Notes: a model not told the origin generated them from the letters alone. 64,000 nt of DNA from an uncultured virus (IMG/VR IMGVR_UViG_3300018414_000001) (IMGVR_UViG_3300018414_000001), one strand, 5' to 3'; positions 28,985 through 38,902 are shown, counted from the first letter of the stretch. Program-made: numbers and translations.

Positions 28985-29817
28985 CGTTCATTTTCCCCCT
29001 TGACTGTGCTGGCCGTTATGTCCATGTTGCGGGTGTCCAGCAGACTCCCCGCTGGACTGACAGACGGAGAACATGATGCCATGGGCAACTTTGGCTGCGA
29101 TGCAATCCTGGCAAGCGGCGCCCTCTCGGGCGCCGCAGCCATGTCAGGGGTATATTTCCTCCGCAACTCGCTAACCGTTTCATCGTAGATTTCGACCAAA
29201 CAATCAGAGCGCAGCCTCGCGGCATTGATCACCGGAGAGGCAAGCCGCATAAGAGTTTCCGCTAAAACGTACGGCGTGAACCTCAAATTCGATATTATCT
29301 TGTTCCGCAAGCGATCAGCGATGCGCTGAAAGCCAGCATCGCTGACAATTATCTCCCCCGCCGCTCGGCGCAATGACCCAAATAGAACCGGCGATAATGG
29401 TCCGCTACCGTCGCCATGAACTGCATATTGATGACGACAGGAGCCGCAGCGATAGGCTCGTCCCTCGATTACTCGGACATCGTCCGAACCACACCACCCG
29501 CAGAGCCGAACCGTAAGCGGTAGACGCCATTGGGCCAGAAGCCTAGCGCCGTCCGCTGTGTTGCATTTATGGCACGCCGCCGCGCAGGTCTCCCAACAGA
29601 CCCTGCCCCCCGCACTCGCTGGGATGACATGCTCAATCGTGCAGAGTGTATCGCCTCGCCGCCAACGGTTCATCACCACGCCGCAGTAGCAACAGCGCCA
29701 GTTTTGAGCCTCGGCAAGCCGGTCCCGCAGAAGCATGGAGGGGGCAAGGGCGGAATGGTTCTGATCAACCTCCATGAACGCATAAGCCGCCTTATGGTCC
29801 CATCGGTCGATAATCAT
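28981..29817 (-). CDS. HNH endonuclease domain protein
   Basis: EAQNWRCCYCG..TIEHVIPASAGG..AACHKCN. Confidence 0.8.
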   Translation of the reverse strand: MIIDRWDHKAAYAFMEVDQNHSALAPSMLLRDRLAEAQNWRCCYCGVVMNRWRRGDTLCTIEHVIPASAGGRVCWETCAAACHKCNTADGARLLAQWRLPLTVRLCGWCGSDDVRVIEGRAYRCGSCRHQYAVHGDGSGPLSPVLFGSLRRAAGEIIVSDAGFQRIADRLRNKIISNLRFTPYVLAETLMRLASPVINAARLRSDCLVEIYDETVSELRRKYTPDMAAAPERAPLARIASQPKLPMASCSPSVSPAGSLLDTRNMDITASTVKGENER

Positions 29818-30139
29818 CGGAACGCCTCTTGTTCGTCTTCGGGGAGAGCGTTAATCGCCGCGCTTTGCAATGTCATGAACATGGACAAGCCAAGCCCTTC
29901 GACGAAGGCTGGGTTTTGGAGATTGTCCTTCCCGATCTCCTGAAGCAGCCAATGACCGTGCCAGCCATAAATCCTGACCAGAGCCGCCAACAGTTCCTTC
30001 ATGGACACAATCATAAAGGCGGTTGGCGTGATCCATTGCATCGAACCGTAGTCAAGGTTCTCTAGCCTGCCGACATGCTCATAGGCAAAGCCGTCATCAA
30101 GGGCATCGTCATCGGGGATCGGAACGGCAGCCATGTGGT

Positions 30140-30295
30140 TCATCGTGACGACAGTTCATGAAGCATGATTTTCCGATACCTCTCCACGGTGCCTTTGCTG
30201 ACACCAAGATCGGCCGCGATCTTCCGAAGGCTCTCTCCGGCCTGCAACCGCTCGATCATCATCTCAATGATGGCCTCCGGCAGAAAGTTTCCCAT
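30140..30295 (-). CDS. 51 aa HTH protein
   Basis: Manual translation MGNFLPEAIIEMIERLQAGESLRKIAADLGVSKGTVERYRKIMLHELSSR. Confidence 0.7.
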   Translation of the reverse strand: MGNFLPEAIIEMMIERLQAGESLRKIAADLGVSKGTVERYRKIMLHELSSR

Positions 30296-31674
30296 CACCA
30301 CTCCAGGGCGTTCAGGACACCAGCGGGAAGCGTTGAACCATAAGAGTCGGTGTCATCGTTGTCCCACTTCGGAGCATCCAAAGAACCCACCATGTAAGGG
30401 TTGTCCTGGCTCTTGCGGTAGGATCGCACAAAGGCACGCAACACATCCGGCGACCCCTTGAGGTCGTCCAGAGAGGTTTGTCCTTCCAGGATCGCCAGCA
30501 GCACGATCTGGCAAACATCGGCCCGCATAAAGTCTGGGTAAGCGCGAGAGACCAGTCCCGAGACCTCTATCGTCAGGGCCGCGCCATTTGCATCCGCGAA
30601 CCTGGGAAGCGTCGGCAGATATGGATAGGCGGATAGGATTTTCGGTTGCGCCGGAACCGATATCCTCGGCTTGGAAAAGAGCGGGCGCCAACTCGCCGGA
30701 ATTGTGACGAAAGGCACATTGTCTCTTGCGTACCATGCGATGGAAGTTGCCGACCGGCCCAAGGCCGCGGCTGCCTGATCTGGCGTCGCACCCGCCTCAG
30801 CCAAGGTCGTAAGATCATGTCTCTCCTGCGGCGTCCACCAGCCGCGAGTGGACCAGAGATACCCATAGGGGTAACGAGGCGCAGCAAGCAAATCGGCCAC
30901 ACTACGATCTATGATGGGAGCGGCTTCCGCTGTTTCTTTACGACCCTGCCAGGACTGGCGCATCTTCACGGAAAACGCGCCGTTTTTACAAGCTTTGCAG
31001 ACGGTCGAAGTCAGGCCCCATTCTCTAGCCGCGCCGCTGCGGAATTGGAAATCCGCGGAAGGTTTCTCCTGGCCGCAGTCGCGGCAAATCTTAGTAGGCA
31101 ACAGCGCGTCCAGTTTGGCGCGCGGCGCGTCAGGAGCCGCCTTCCCCCCTTGCCAATAACCGGTGAAATGGCTCTTTCCTTCCAGATTTCCGCAAAGCAT
31201 TTCCTGCGCTTTGCGGAACAGGATGTATGCCGTCTTGAAATTGCACCCGATGTCTTCCGACAACCGGCTGATCGTCACGTCGCCCTTATTGCGCTGGACG
31301 GCTGACAGGAGAAGCAAGATCGTTCTGATCGGAACCTTCAAACCGGCGAACACCGTCCCGCTCGTCAGACTGAAACAAGGATGGCGACCCTTGCATTTCC
31401 ATCGACTGGCGCCGTTTGCCTCGCGGCAACTGTAAACTTTCGTGCTGCTGCACGTTGGGCATGTCGGTTTCCCGTCCGTTCCGGGCCATCGCAAATGACG
31501 CCACATTGCTTCGGCCTCTTCGTCTGTGAGGCCCTTTATGGTGCCCTCGTCAGGCAAGAGCGGATAAGACGGAGCCGCTTTGGCGCTAACCGCCTGAGGC
31601 GGCAAAAGTTTCTCCCACTCCGAGGTTTTCCAGGAGTTCAGAAACTCATCAAGGTATGTGGTTGTTCCGTCCAT
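30295..31674 (-). CDS. IS1595-transposase-derived protein (Zn ribbon + HTH, DDE core absent) fused to additional domains
   Basis: LTDEEAEA..LRWP..GKPTCPTC..FSLTSGTVF..LSEDIGCNFKTAY, then almost directly GYWQ. No E-x-D-E/G, TDE or N-x-x-E catalytic motifs seen. Confidence 0.75.
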   Translation of the reverse strand: MDGTTTYLDEFLNSWKTSEWEKLLPPQAVSAKAAPSYPLLPDEGTIKGLTDEEAEAMWRHLRWPGTDGKPTCPTCSSTKVYSCREANGASRWKCKGRHPCFSLTSGTVFAGLKVPIRTILLLLSAVQRNKGDVTISRLSEDIGCNFKTAYILFRKAQEMLCGNLEGKSHFTGYWQGGKAAPDAPRAKLDALLPTKICRDCGQEKPSADFQFRSGAAREWGLTSTVCKACKNGAFSVKMRQSWQGRKETAEAAPIIDRSVADLLAAPRYPYGYLWSTRGWWTPQERHDLTTLAEAGATPDQAAAALGRSATSIAWYARDNVPFVTIPASWRPLFSKPRISVPAQPKILSAYPYLPTLPRFADANGAALTIEVSGLVSRAYPDFMRADVCQIVLLAILEGQTSLDDLKGSPDVLRAFVRSYRKSQDNPYMVGSLDAPKWDNDDTDSYGSTLPAGVLNALEW

Positions 31675-31709
31675 ACCGGGAATGTGGCCAATTAGGCCAC
31701 CACAGTCAA
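31675..31709 (-). promoter_or_regulatory. Leaderless-type promoter TTGACT-N17-CACATT with GTGGCC-N5-GGCCAC palindrome
   Basis: Palindrome at 31684-31700; ATG 6 nt after the -10. Confidence 0.65.
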
Positions 31710-31982
31710 GAGGCTTTGATCACTCGTCTCGAATAATATGTGACGACCCATCCGGTTCGATCCACGCGACCACTTTCGGCCATTCCGGGGTGGATGGAGG
31801 CACCACAGAGGCCCAGAAGCCCGATTCGTCCAGTTTACGCAGCATGGTCCCCATGTCCTGGGCAGCCGTCATCATTAGATCCATAGACACGGCATTGGGG
31901 GCGAATCGATAGACATTGGCGGCTTCCTGCAACCGGGTCGCCGCTGTCTCCAGGGCGCGTGCTATGGTGACCTCTCCGAGGC

Positions 31983-32432
31983 TCACAACGGCGTAACCTG
32001 AATTGAAACTCCTCGCGGGCCATCGGCGCGAGCGACTTCAAGATGCGTCATGTTGCGGTCATTCCTGACCATGCCCATCTTTTGCAATAAATCGCTAATA
32101 GGCTTCACAACATTGTCGATGTCCATCGCCGGAGCGCGCACGACAATCGTCAGTTTATACGCTCCCTCAATCGGCCTCCACGCCTGTCTGCCAGCACTGA
32201 TTTCTCCCTTGGCGGTTTTAATCCATGCACGATAAGCCGATGTCTTGCGACGGCCTACGCCCTCTACATTGGCCCACGCGCCGTTAACGGATGGCGGTAA
32301 TGACAGATTTGCAAAAAACGGTCCTGGCCGCTCGATCTCTTGCGCGACAGATTCTATTGGCACACGCTGCCGGGCCAATCCATGGCGCCGCGCCTCATAG
32401 TCAGCCAGCCATTCTTCGCTAAACCCACTCAC
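31983..32432 (-). CDS. rusA: RusA-like Holliday junction resolvase
   Basis: LPPSVN..W, DIDNVVKPISDLL..G...NDR. Confidence 0.85.
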   Translation of the reverse strand: MSGFSEEWLADYEARRHGLARQRVPIESVAQEIERPGPFFANLSLPPSVNGAWANVEGVGRRKTSAYRAWIKTAKGEISAGRQAWRPIEGAYKLTIVVRAPAMDIDNVVKPISDLLQKMGMVRNDRNMTHLEVARADGPRGVSIQVTPL

Positions 32433-33213
32433 CCCGGCACCCCCACGCGGCCCGTGCGTTGTGGTGCGGGCCGCGTGACTGGCGGCATCGTACCAACACT
32501 ACCAGAACCGCCGGGTTCGCAATCGGGCGTCACTTCCCCGGCATCGCGCCCATCTTGAGAACAGGCCACGATCTCACCGACAATCCGCTTCGCCAGCGAA
32601 TTGACGAAAAATACACGTTCACTTTTCGATAATGCCGTGAACCACGAGGGATGGCGGCCCATGGTGTGACGGATTTGCCCCTCGACGCGAGGTGTCCAGA
32701 AGTCGTGCATGGGGCTGTGTTTGCGGAGAGTCATGGCTCCTCCGGCACATCGAACCGCGTCCAGTGCGTATGTCCGCCGGTATAATCCCGATCCAGTGGC
32801 GTCCCGGCATAAGGCGGTTCCACCACCGGGAAATGCCACCATAGCACCGGGCCATCAGCCTCGGACCAATCCGCCAGGGCGTGGAGGCGTTTTTGGTCAA
32901 TCATTGCCGCCTCTGATTCAACGGATTCCCACAATCCGGGCACTCAGACCAGCCAAACGTTGCGATACCGCCGAGGCGATTATCAACCCATCCACTATTA
33001 TTACAGGTCTCGCAGACCAGAGCACACCAGCAACCACAGCCCCCAATGGATTCATCGTGGTGAGGCGGAACGAACGCAAGAGCGCAAACATCGGATTCCG
33101 GGATCACCTTCCTGCAATCACAACACCACCACAGAGACTTGGATTCAGGTACGCCATCTTCGCGCAACGCGGCCATTCCCCGCGCGATCCCGGCGAAGTC
33201 ATCGGCGATGCGG

Positions 33214-33555
33214 TCAATCGGCGGCACGACGCCACCCTTCCGGCACATACTCCCGCTGATTCCGGACTTCATATATCCCTGGTTCCAGCAAGAGTGAGTC
33301 GTGCGTGTCAAAGTCACGAAGATGCACAACCTCGGATGGTTCCGCGACTTCCAGCCACGCGATGAATGTGTTGGTATCGTGGATGAACCGGTCAGCGGCA
33401 CGCGACTCGATAACGTGGTGATGACCAGTTTCCGAATGTGCAAGGATGTGGTGGCCATTCTGAGGGGCCGATTTCTTCGCGCCATCTGGCACGATAGCGA
33501 TGCGGCGGATCATCAGATCGCCCTGGAAGGACGGGCGGCTGGTTACGATTTTCAT
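33214..33555 (-). CDS. Conserved phage protein, usual neighbour of DUF6745
   Basis: QGDL, ILAHSETGHHH, H...LEPGIYEVRNQREY..WRRAAD. Confidence 0.75.
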   Translation of the reverse strand: MKIVTSRPSFQGDLMIRRIAIVPDGAKKSAPQNGHHILAHSETGHHHVIESRAADRFIHDTNTFIAWLEVAEPSEVVHLRDFDTHDSLLLEPGIYEVRNQREYVPEGWRRAAD

Positions 33556-34787
33556 GTCCTGTGTTCCTTGAGTTTGAGTAAGTCCGGCGGAATATCGTAC
33601 GTCCAGCAGTTTCCCTCCAACGCCGTCTTAACCGTTGGAGGAACTGGTATGGCAAACGAGCGGCCCGTACCACATTGAACGCGAAGAAACCGCTCCTTCG
33701 GCGCGTCCGGCAAGCTGACCTCAATCAATTCCCCGATCTGAGGATCGTCATCGCGATCGATTGTCGTGCCCTTCAGATCATCCAGGATACGCGTCCAGCC
33801 CACGAGCTCGCAGGCCGCTCGTCGCTGTTCGACGTTCGTTTGCCCAAGGGCGATCTGGGCGGTCAGGCCGGTTTTGTTCATAATCCATTCAGAAGGCACC
33901 GCGACCCCGTGCCAGTGCCACAACGACCATCCGTCCTGATAAAGCATGGACGGACCTGTTTCATTATGCAATCGCCCTTGGTCATCACGCAAAATGGATT
34001 TAGGTCGATCCGAGATCGCCAGCACATCTTCGTGCCACCATGTCCAACCGCAACTTTGAATCAGGTCTTCGTCTATTTTGAAACGTTCGAGAACGGGATT
34101 GTCCCAATCACACACATCACGGAAGAACGAGATATACGCTCCCCATGAAGCATACAAAGCACTAGTGTAACTATTATTCAAGATGCTTCCGACCTGGCTC
34201 TCGACCTGGCTCTCGACCTGGCTCCTGACCTGGCTCTCGACCTGGCTCTCGACCTGGCCCTCGACTTGGCTCCCGACCTGGCTCCTGACCTGGCTCTCGA
34301 CCTGGCTCCCGACCTGGCTCCAGACCTGGCTCTCGATCTGGCTCCCGACTTGGCTCCTGACCTGGCTCCAGACCTGGCTCTCGACCTGGCTCCCGACTTG
34401 GCTCCTGACCTGGCTCCAGACCTGGCTCTCGACATGGCTCTCGACCTGGCTCCCGACCTGGCTCCAGACCTGGCTCCCGACCTGGCTCCAGACCTGGCTC
34501 TCGACCTGGCTCCCGACCTGGCTCCTGACCTGGCTCTTAAGCCCTGACATTTCACGGAGCATACTCCAGGCAGTAACGCCCCCCAAACACGCCGCCAGCG
34601 GACTGCCCATCCGCAACACGATCTTCGGCTTTTTCAGACCGGCCAGTTCGTAAGCCTGCAACGCCGCCGAGGTCGCGAGATCAAAATCTGCCGGTTCAGT
34701 GGATAAACCGATCTTGATCCATTTTTCCGACCATTCGGCGAAACGTGCAGATTGTTCAGGCGTTAATTTTGTGATCTTGTCAGCCAT
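33552..34787 (-). CDS. DUF6745-like protein with internal SQVx repeat
   Basis: W..IGLSTEPAD, CGWTWW, DDQGRLHNETGP..Y.DGW..WHGV.VP, NVEQRR. Start MADKITK at 34787. Confidence 0.8.
   Translation of the reverse strand: MADKITKLTPEQSARFAEWSEKWIKIGLSTEPADFDLATSAALQAYELAGLKKPKIVLRMGSPLAACLGGVTAWSMLREMSGLKSQVRSQVGSQVESQVWSQVGSQVWSQVGSQVESHVESQVWSQVRSQVGSQVESQVWSQVRSQVGSQIESQVWSQVGSQVESQVRSQVGSQVEGQVESQVESQVRSQVESQVESQVGSILNNSYTSALYASWGAYISFFRDVCDWDNPVLERFKIDEDLIQSCGWTWWHEDVLAISDRPKSILRDDQGRLHNETGPSMLYQDGWSLWHWHGVAVPSEWIMNKTGLTAQIALGQTNVEQRRAACELVGWTRILDDLKGTTIDRDDDPQIGELIEVSLPDAPKERFLRVQCGTGRSFAIPVPPTVKTALEGNCWTYDIPPDLLKLKEHRT
34188..34535 (-). repeat. 29 x 12-nt tandem repeat encoding S-Q-V-[R/G/E/W]
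   Basis: AGC CAG GTC + variable codon; seen on + as gacctggct-NNN. Confidence 0.95.
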
Positions 34788-34986
34788 GTTTCCGCTCCTT
34801 CTTCCGCCGCCCTGCCGTCGTAGCCATGATCTGTGCCGTTTCGGCACGCAACGCGGCCATTTCGGCACGCAACGCGAACCGAATCGCTTCACGGAAATTC
34901 AGATCGAGAAATTCGGCGATCTCACCGATAAGATCACGATCTCCCTCAGTCAGGTTCATCGCGAAGCGTGCGGATGGCTTTTTCAT
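34780..34986 (-). CDS. RHH-like small regulator
   Basis: ARFAMNLTEGDRDLIGEIAEFLDLNFREAIRFALR. TTGACA-N18-TAATAT ends 7 nt before the ATG. Confidence 0.6.
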   Translation of the reverse strand: MKKPSARFAMNLTEGDRDLIGEIAEFLDLNFREAIRFALRAEMAALRAETAQIMATTAGRRKKERKHG

Positions 34987-35655
34987 GCGGCGCATATTAG
35001 GCGCATCAGCGGCGCGGTGTCAATCCAAAATTCGCACCGTCCACCCCATCCTGGCAAAATACCCCCGCAACCAGTCCCGAGACTTCCCCTTGCACGTCCT
35101 CCGCAAGATCGGCGCGGCTTCCGTGCAGATATCATCAACAAGGATCAACCCGGCGACGAACGGCCGCCGCGCATCAGGTGGAGTGGAGACCTGGCAGAGC
35201 AGTTCGGTCACACCCTCGGATTAACCGTCCCTCCAAGCATCGAAAACGGCACCGGCTTCGGACGCTCAACCTTCCGCTCCACCCGCGACTCCCGTTCAAC
35301 CCGAGGCACCGAGGGACCAAGATGCGGCAACGATAACCGCGCCGACACCTCCTCCCGACGATCCATCGCGACCATCAGCGCGAGACGTTCCCGCCGTTTC
35401 GCGTCAAGTGCGTCTTTCGCCCGGTTTCCCTTCAACGCGGCATTGATGCGGACGCGCGATTTATATTCGGCTGAACGGCGCAGATGCAGACGGCTGTGGC
35501 TGTACCATTTCAGTGCCTTGACGCCGGGCAACGGCTCGCCGGGGAGGTCGTTCATGACGGCGATAATATCGTCCCAACTGGCATCAATCTCGAAGCCGTG
35601 GCGTATCGCGGTGTCACGTTTTTCAGTGGTCCATTTGCCAGGAGGTTGTGTGGGA

Positions 35656-36471
35656 TCAGACATTGGGATGATCCTCCCGCTGGTCGCGGACACGCTCGTA
35701 GGCCACACGGACATGGCTCTGGCAATACGGGCGGCCCGGTTCGGATGGCACATCGCAGAAGTGGAATTCCTTCGTCCCCGGTTCGTCGATCGGCCAGCAG
35801 CACTCGACCACGCGCCCATATCGCTTCGGTACCGATTCCGGGCGCGATCTAGCGGGTGCCATGATAACCGGCGGAGCACGCCAGGGAAGCAGAGGCTTCG
35901 CGGTGATGACGGTTTCCGCGATGCGGCGGTCATGAGCAGCGGTTATCATGGAGGATGGAGGTGGCGCCATGATCGAAGCCAGAGGTGCCAGGGTTGCCTT
36001 TGGCGCGCGCGGCGGCTTTGGTGGTTTCGGGGAACTGCTCCGCCTGATTGGCGATGGCCGGCTTTCCATGCCCGGGTAAAAATGCGGTTCGTTCATCATG
36101 CGGTGCGTCTGCCCGATGATGCTGTTTCTTGTTTTGCCGAGGCGCTTGCCAATCTCGCTTATGGAAAGACCCTGCATGTAGAGTGGGTAAATCGCGGCTC
36201 TGACGGCATGCCGTTCTGATTGCGGGGCTATAGACGGTGAGACGTAGGGCTTGTGGAGTATATAATCTCTCCGGGACGTCCCTTTCGATGACGGCGCTGA
36301 TCTGGTCGAAACCGTGACGCAGCCCTGCTCCATCAATTTTTTGAAAGCATATGTAATCGTATCTGCGTGTAAGCCGAGTTGTTTCTCAAACCATGAAATC
36401 GGAACGCCGGATACGACATGATCGACTGCCAAATCATGAAGCAGCGTATAAAGAGCTGATGGTGCTGACAT
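35656..36471 (-). CDS. gcrA: GcrA-family regulator with extra N-terminal winged HTH
   Basis: GLSISEIGKRLGKTRNSIIGQTHR and CCWPIDEPGTKEFHFC..GRPYCQSH..AY. Confidence 0.8.
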   Translation of the reverse strand: MSAPSALYTLLHDLAVDHVVSGVPISWFEKQLGLHADTITYAFKKLMEQGCVTVSTRSAPSSKGTSRRDYILHKPYVSPSIAPQSERHAVRAAIYPLYMQGLSISEIGKRLGKTRNSIIGQTHRMMNEPHFYPGMESRPSPIRRSSSPKPPKPPRAPKATLAPLASIMAPPPSSMITAAHDRRIAETVITAKPLLPWRAPPVIMAPARSRPESVPKRYGRVVECCWPIDEPGTKEFHFCDVPSEPGRPYCQSHVRVAYERVRDQREDHPNV

Positions 36472-36509
36472 TCGTTCCCCTCCTTGCCCAATCCCAACCG
36501 CCCCGGCGG

Positions 36510-36971
36510 TCAAGGATATGCGTCCTGATTATCGCTTACGCATCGCCGCAACGGCGATGGCCTCGGCGTAAACCCGTTGCGATGCGCGATGCCGCTGATG
36601 ACGTTTTTCTTCACACCCAGTTCCCGCGCGACCTGAGACGCGGTTAATTCCCGATCCCAAAGTGTGCGGGCCTGCGCGATAAATTCGTCTCCGTGATGCC
36701 GTAGAGATTTCGGCCCGCAGGTTCGGCAATATCTGATTGACCTATGCCGCTCTGGCACGAACAACACATCGCACGCCTCGCAGTTCATCATGCCGTACCG
36801 GACACGCTTATCAAGCGGCGCGCTGACGCGAGGAATGGACCGGCGACGTAGAATTTGTTGAACGCGCTGCCATGATATTCCAAACATCCGTGCGATATGA
36901 CCCACTCCTTGTCCCGCATCGGACAAGATGTAAATTCGTTCGTTGCGGTCTGTTTTTTCGGGTTCTGCCAT
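36510..36971 (-). CDS. HTH - Zn finger - GcrA-like HTH protein
   Basis: IARMFGISWQRVQQIL; CEAC..CRTC; LWDRELTASQVARELGVKKNVISGIAHR. Confidence 0.65.
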   Translation of the reverse strand: MAEPEKTDRNERIYILSDAGQGVGHIARMFGISWQRVQQILRRRSIPRVSAPLDKRVRYGMMNCEACDVLFVPERHRSIRYCRTCGPKSLRHHGDEFIAQARTLWDRELTASQVARELGVKKNVISGIAHRNGFTPRPSPLRRCVSDNQDAYP

Positions 36972-37142
36972 TATCCTGGCTCCTTTTTCTGCCTCTCCAT
37001 TTCCGCCAGCGCCGCACAGGCGAGGCGCATCCAATAGTCGATGTATGCCTGCCCGAGGAATTCATTTTCCCACAGCCGTTCGATCTCGTCACGTCCCAGC
37101 CCGGTGCAGGCCCCGTGGAGCGCGATGGCGATGGCGCGGGGG

Positions 37143-37997
37143 TCAGTCATCGTTCCCCTCGAACAACCCGGCCTGACGCGCGGGGACGGGGGTGGCGCGG
37201 GGGATGAACAGATCAGCCTGACGGTAGGCGGCTTCGATGCGGCGGAGGGCGATGTCGAAGTAGGGTTCGTGGATTTCGATGCCGATTGGAACACGTCCCT
37301 GTTTGATCGCCGCGACCATGCTTGTCCCCGATCCCATAAAGGGGTCGCATACTGATTCGCCTGGGTCAGTCCATGTCGCGATGTGATCGTATGCGAGGGC
37401 GTATGGCATTGGTGCCGGATGATCGCCAGCGTCGCCCATTTCGGCGTTCGGGATAACCCACCAATTCCGCCGCAACCCCGTGGACGGCACAAGTTCGCCA
37501 TTCCGTTTGGGGACACTCTTACTGCCGTCCGCCTCACGCCGATTCCCATGAATAACCGTTCCACCCCATTTATTGCGCCAGTCCTTAATTCCGTTGAAAT
37601 GAGCAGGCGCACTCTTTGAGAAAACAAACATGTACTCAAAGGCGGGATGGTAACGGTTGGCGTCTGGGAAAGTGACACCCTCACGGCAATAGATCATCGT
37701 ATCGTGCAGCCGTAAACCACACTCAATCGCGTGCAACGCATGACGAAAACTCTCGCCTGTTTCGCTGCCGTCGATGACCTGATCCGCGACATTCCAAACG
37801 CAAACGCCGCCCGGCAACAACAAATTGGCGATATGGTTGATTACCGCGAGACAATTTACAGGTGCGTGGCCACCATAATCGCGCACATTGCCGTACGGCG
37901 GGCTCGTTACGACGCAGTTGATTGGGGCAAGCCCCGGCAGAATCTCCCTGCAATCGCCCAAATAAAGTCTGGCATCCCCGATCACTTCAACCCTCAC
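37143..37997 (-). CDS. N4/N6 DNA methyltransferase (beta class)
   Basis: LYLGDC, VTSPPY, HPAPMP, DPFMGSGT. GTG start overlaps the upstream stop. Confidence 0.9.
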   Translation of the reverse strand: MRVEVIGDARLYLGDCREILPGLAPINCVVTSPPYGNVRDYGGHAPVNCLAVINHIANLLLPGGVCVWNVADQVIDGSETGESFRHALHAIECGLRLHDTMIYCREGVTFPDANRYHPAFEYMFVFSKSAPAHFNGIKDWRNKWGGTVIHGNRREADGSKSVPKRNGELVPSTGLRRNWWVIPNAEMGDAGDHPAPMPYALAYDHIATWTDPGESVCDPFMGSGTSMVAAIKQGRVPIGIEIHEPYFDIALRRIEAAYRQADLFIPRATPVPARQAGLFEGNDD

Positions 37998-38466
37998 GCC
38001 CCACCCTCCCGCAACACCCAGTTCCCGTTCCGCGCCTTCACGAATCGATAACCGGCATACTTTTCCCGTGGCCGAATACAATAGATACAATTTGCGCCCG
38101 CCATGTCGTCAATATGATACCATCCAACACTAAGCATGGTTGCGTCATGACTCACTATGGCAGACGGCCACCGGAACCCGGCCCAGATCGTGGCGTCGGC
38201 ACGGTAGACGGAACCGTTGATCTCGATGGTTGCCGGGGTCAAGGGGAGGGTGCGGGTCATGCTCAATCCTTCAACACCAGCGCGGTCAACTCAATCTCCT
38301 TGGCCGCGATTTCCCGGTCCAGTCTGGCCAGATCGCGGGCCTGACGATTACGGTCGTGGCGCAAGTCTTCCAACATATGGAGTGCCTTCCACCACCGCGC
38401 GGCGCGTTCTGGTGGTCGCGTGTCGCGATCGGCAAGAAAAGTTCTGGCGCTAGGATGTGTCATCCC

Positions 38467-38730
38467 TCAATCCCCCAACGCATGTTCATAAATATCCACA
38501 TCGCTTTGCAACGCCTCGGCCTTGGCCTTGTCCTGGGCACGATTACGAAGCAGGACGCGGATCGCTTTTGGGTTGAACCCGGCGCTCTTGGTCTCCAGCA
38601 TCACGTCCTTGAAATCCTCGCCCAACGCCTTGCGTTCTTCGGCCAGGCGTTCCAGTCTTTCGACCAATGAACGGAGGCGGCTGGCGTCGATGCCGCCGGT
38701 ATTGTGACCGGGGCCGGGTGTGTCAGTCAT
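38467..38730 (-). CDS. gapR: GapR/DUF2312 nucleoid-associated protein
   Basis: RLRSLVERLERLAEERKAL.EDFKDV..E.KSAGFNPKAIR..Y..ALG. Confidence 0.9.
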   Translation of the reverse strand: MTDTPGPGHNTGGIDASRLRSLVERLERLAEERKALGEDFKDVMLETKSAGFNPKAIRVLLRNRAQDKAKAEALQSDVDIYEHALGD

Positions 38731-38902
38731 GGCAGCACTCCCGCATCGGCGATTTCATCGAGAGCAAGTTTAAGGAGGATGTCAGCACGTAGCCAATCTC
38801 CTCGCGAGCCCGCGTCAAAGGCTGCACTGATATCACCTAGCGCATCGCTCAATAGATTATCCTTCCGCATCCTATCAGGACAGGCCGTTTCTGTTGCATC
38901 AC

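Noticed and set aside
31150..31239. Self-targeting of the IS1595-derived gene by units U5 or U9
   Set aside because: Only 4 of 11 and 4 of 12 dinucleotides match.
30295..31674. Active IS1595 insertion sequence
   Set aside because: No DDE motifs, no terminal inverted repeats noticed, and the gene is embedded in a phage operon with its own promoter.
34178..34653. Alternative-frame ORFs of the 12-nt repeat (TWLS, APDL, ARSG), or a DGR/CRISPR interpretation
   Set aside because: They are shadows of the in-frame SQVx repeat; no reverse transcriptase and no spacers were seen.
34699..36219. 506 aa plus-strand ORF
   Set aside because: Antisense to a coherent chain of minus-strand genes including GcrA; no motifs; typical high-GC shadow ORF.
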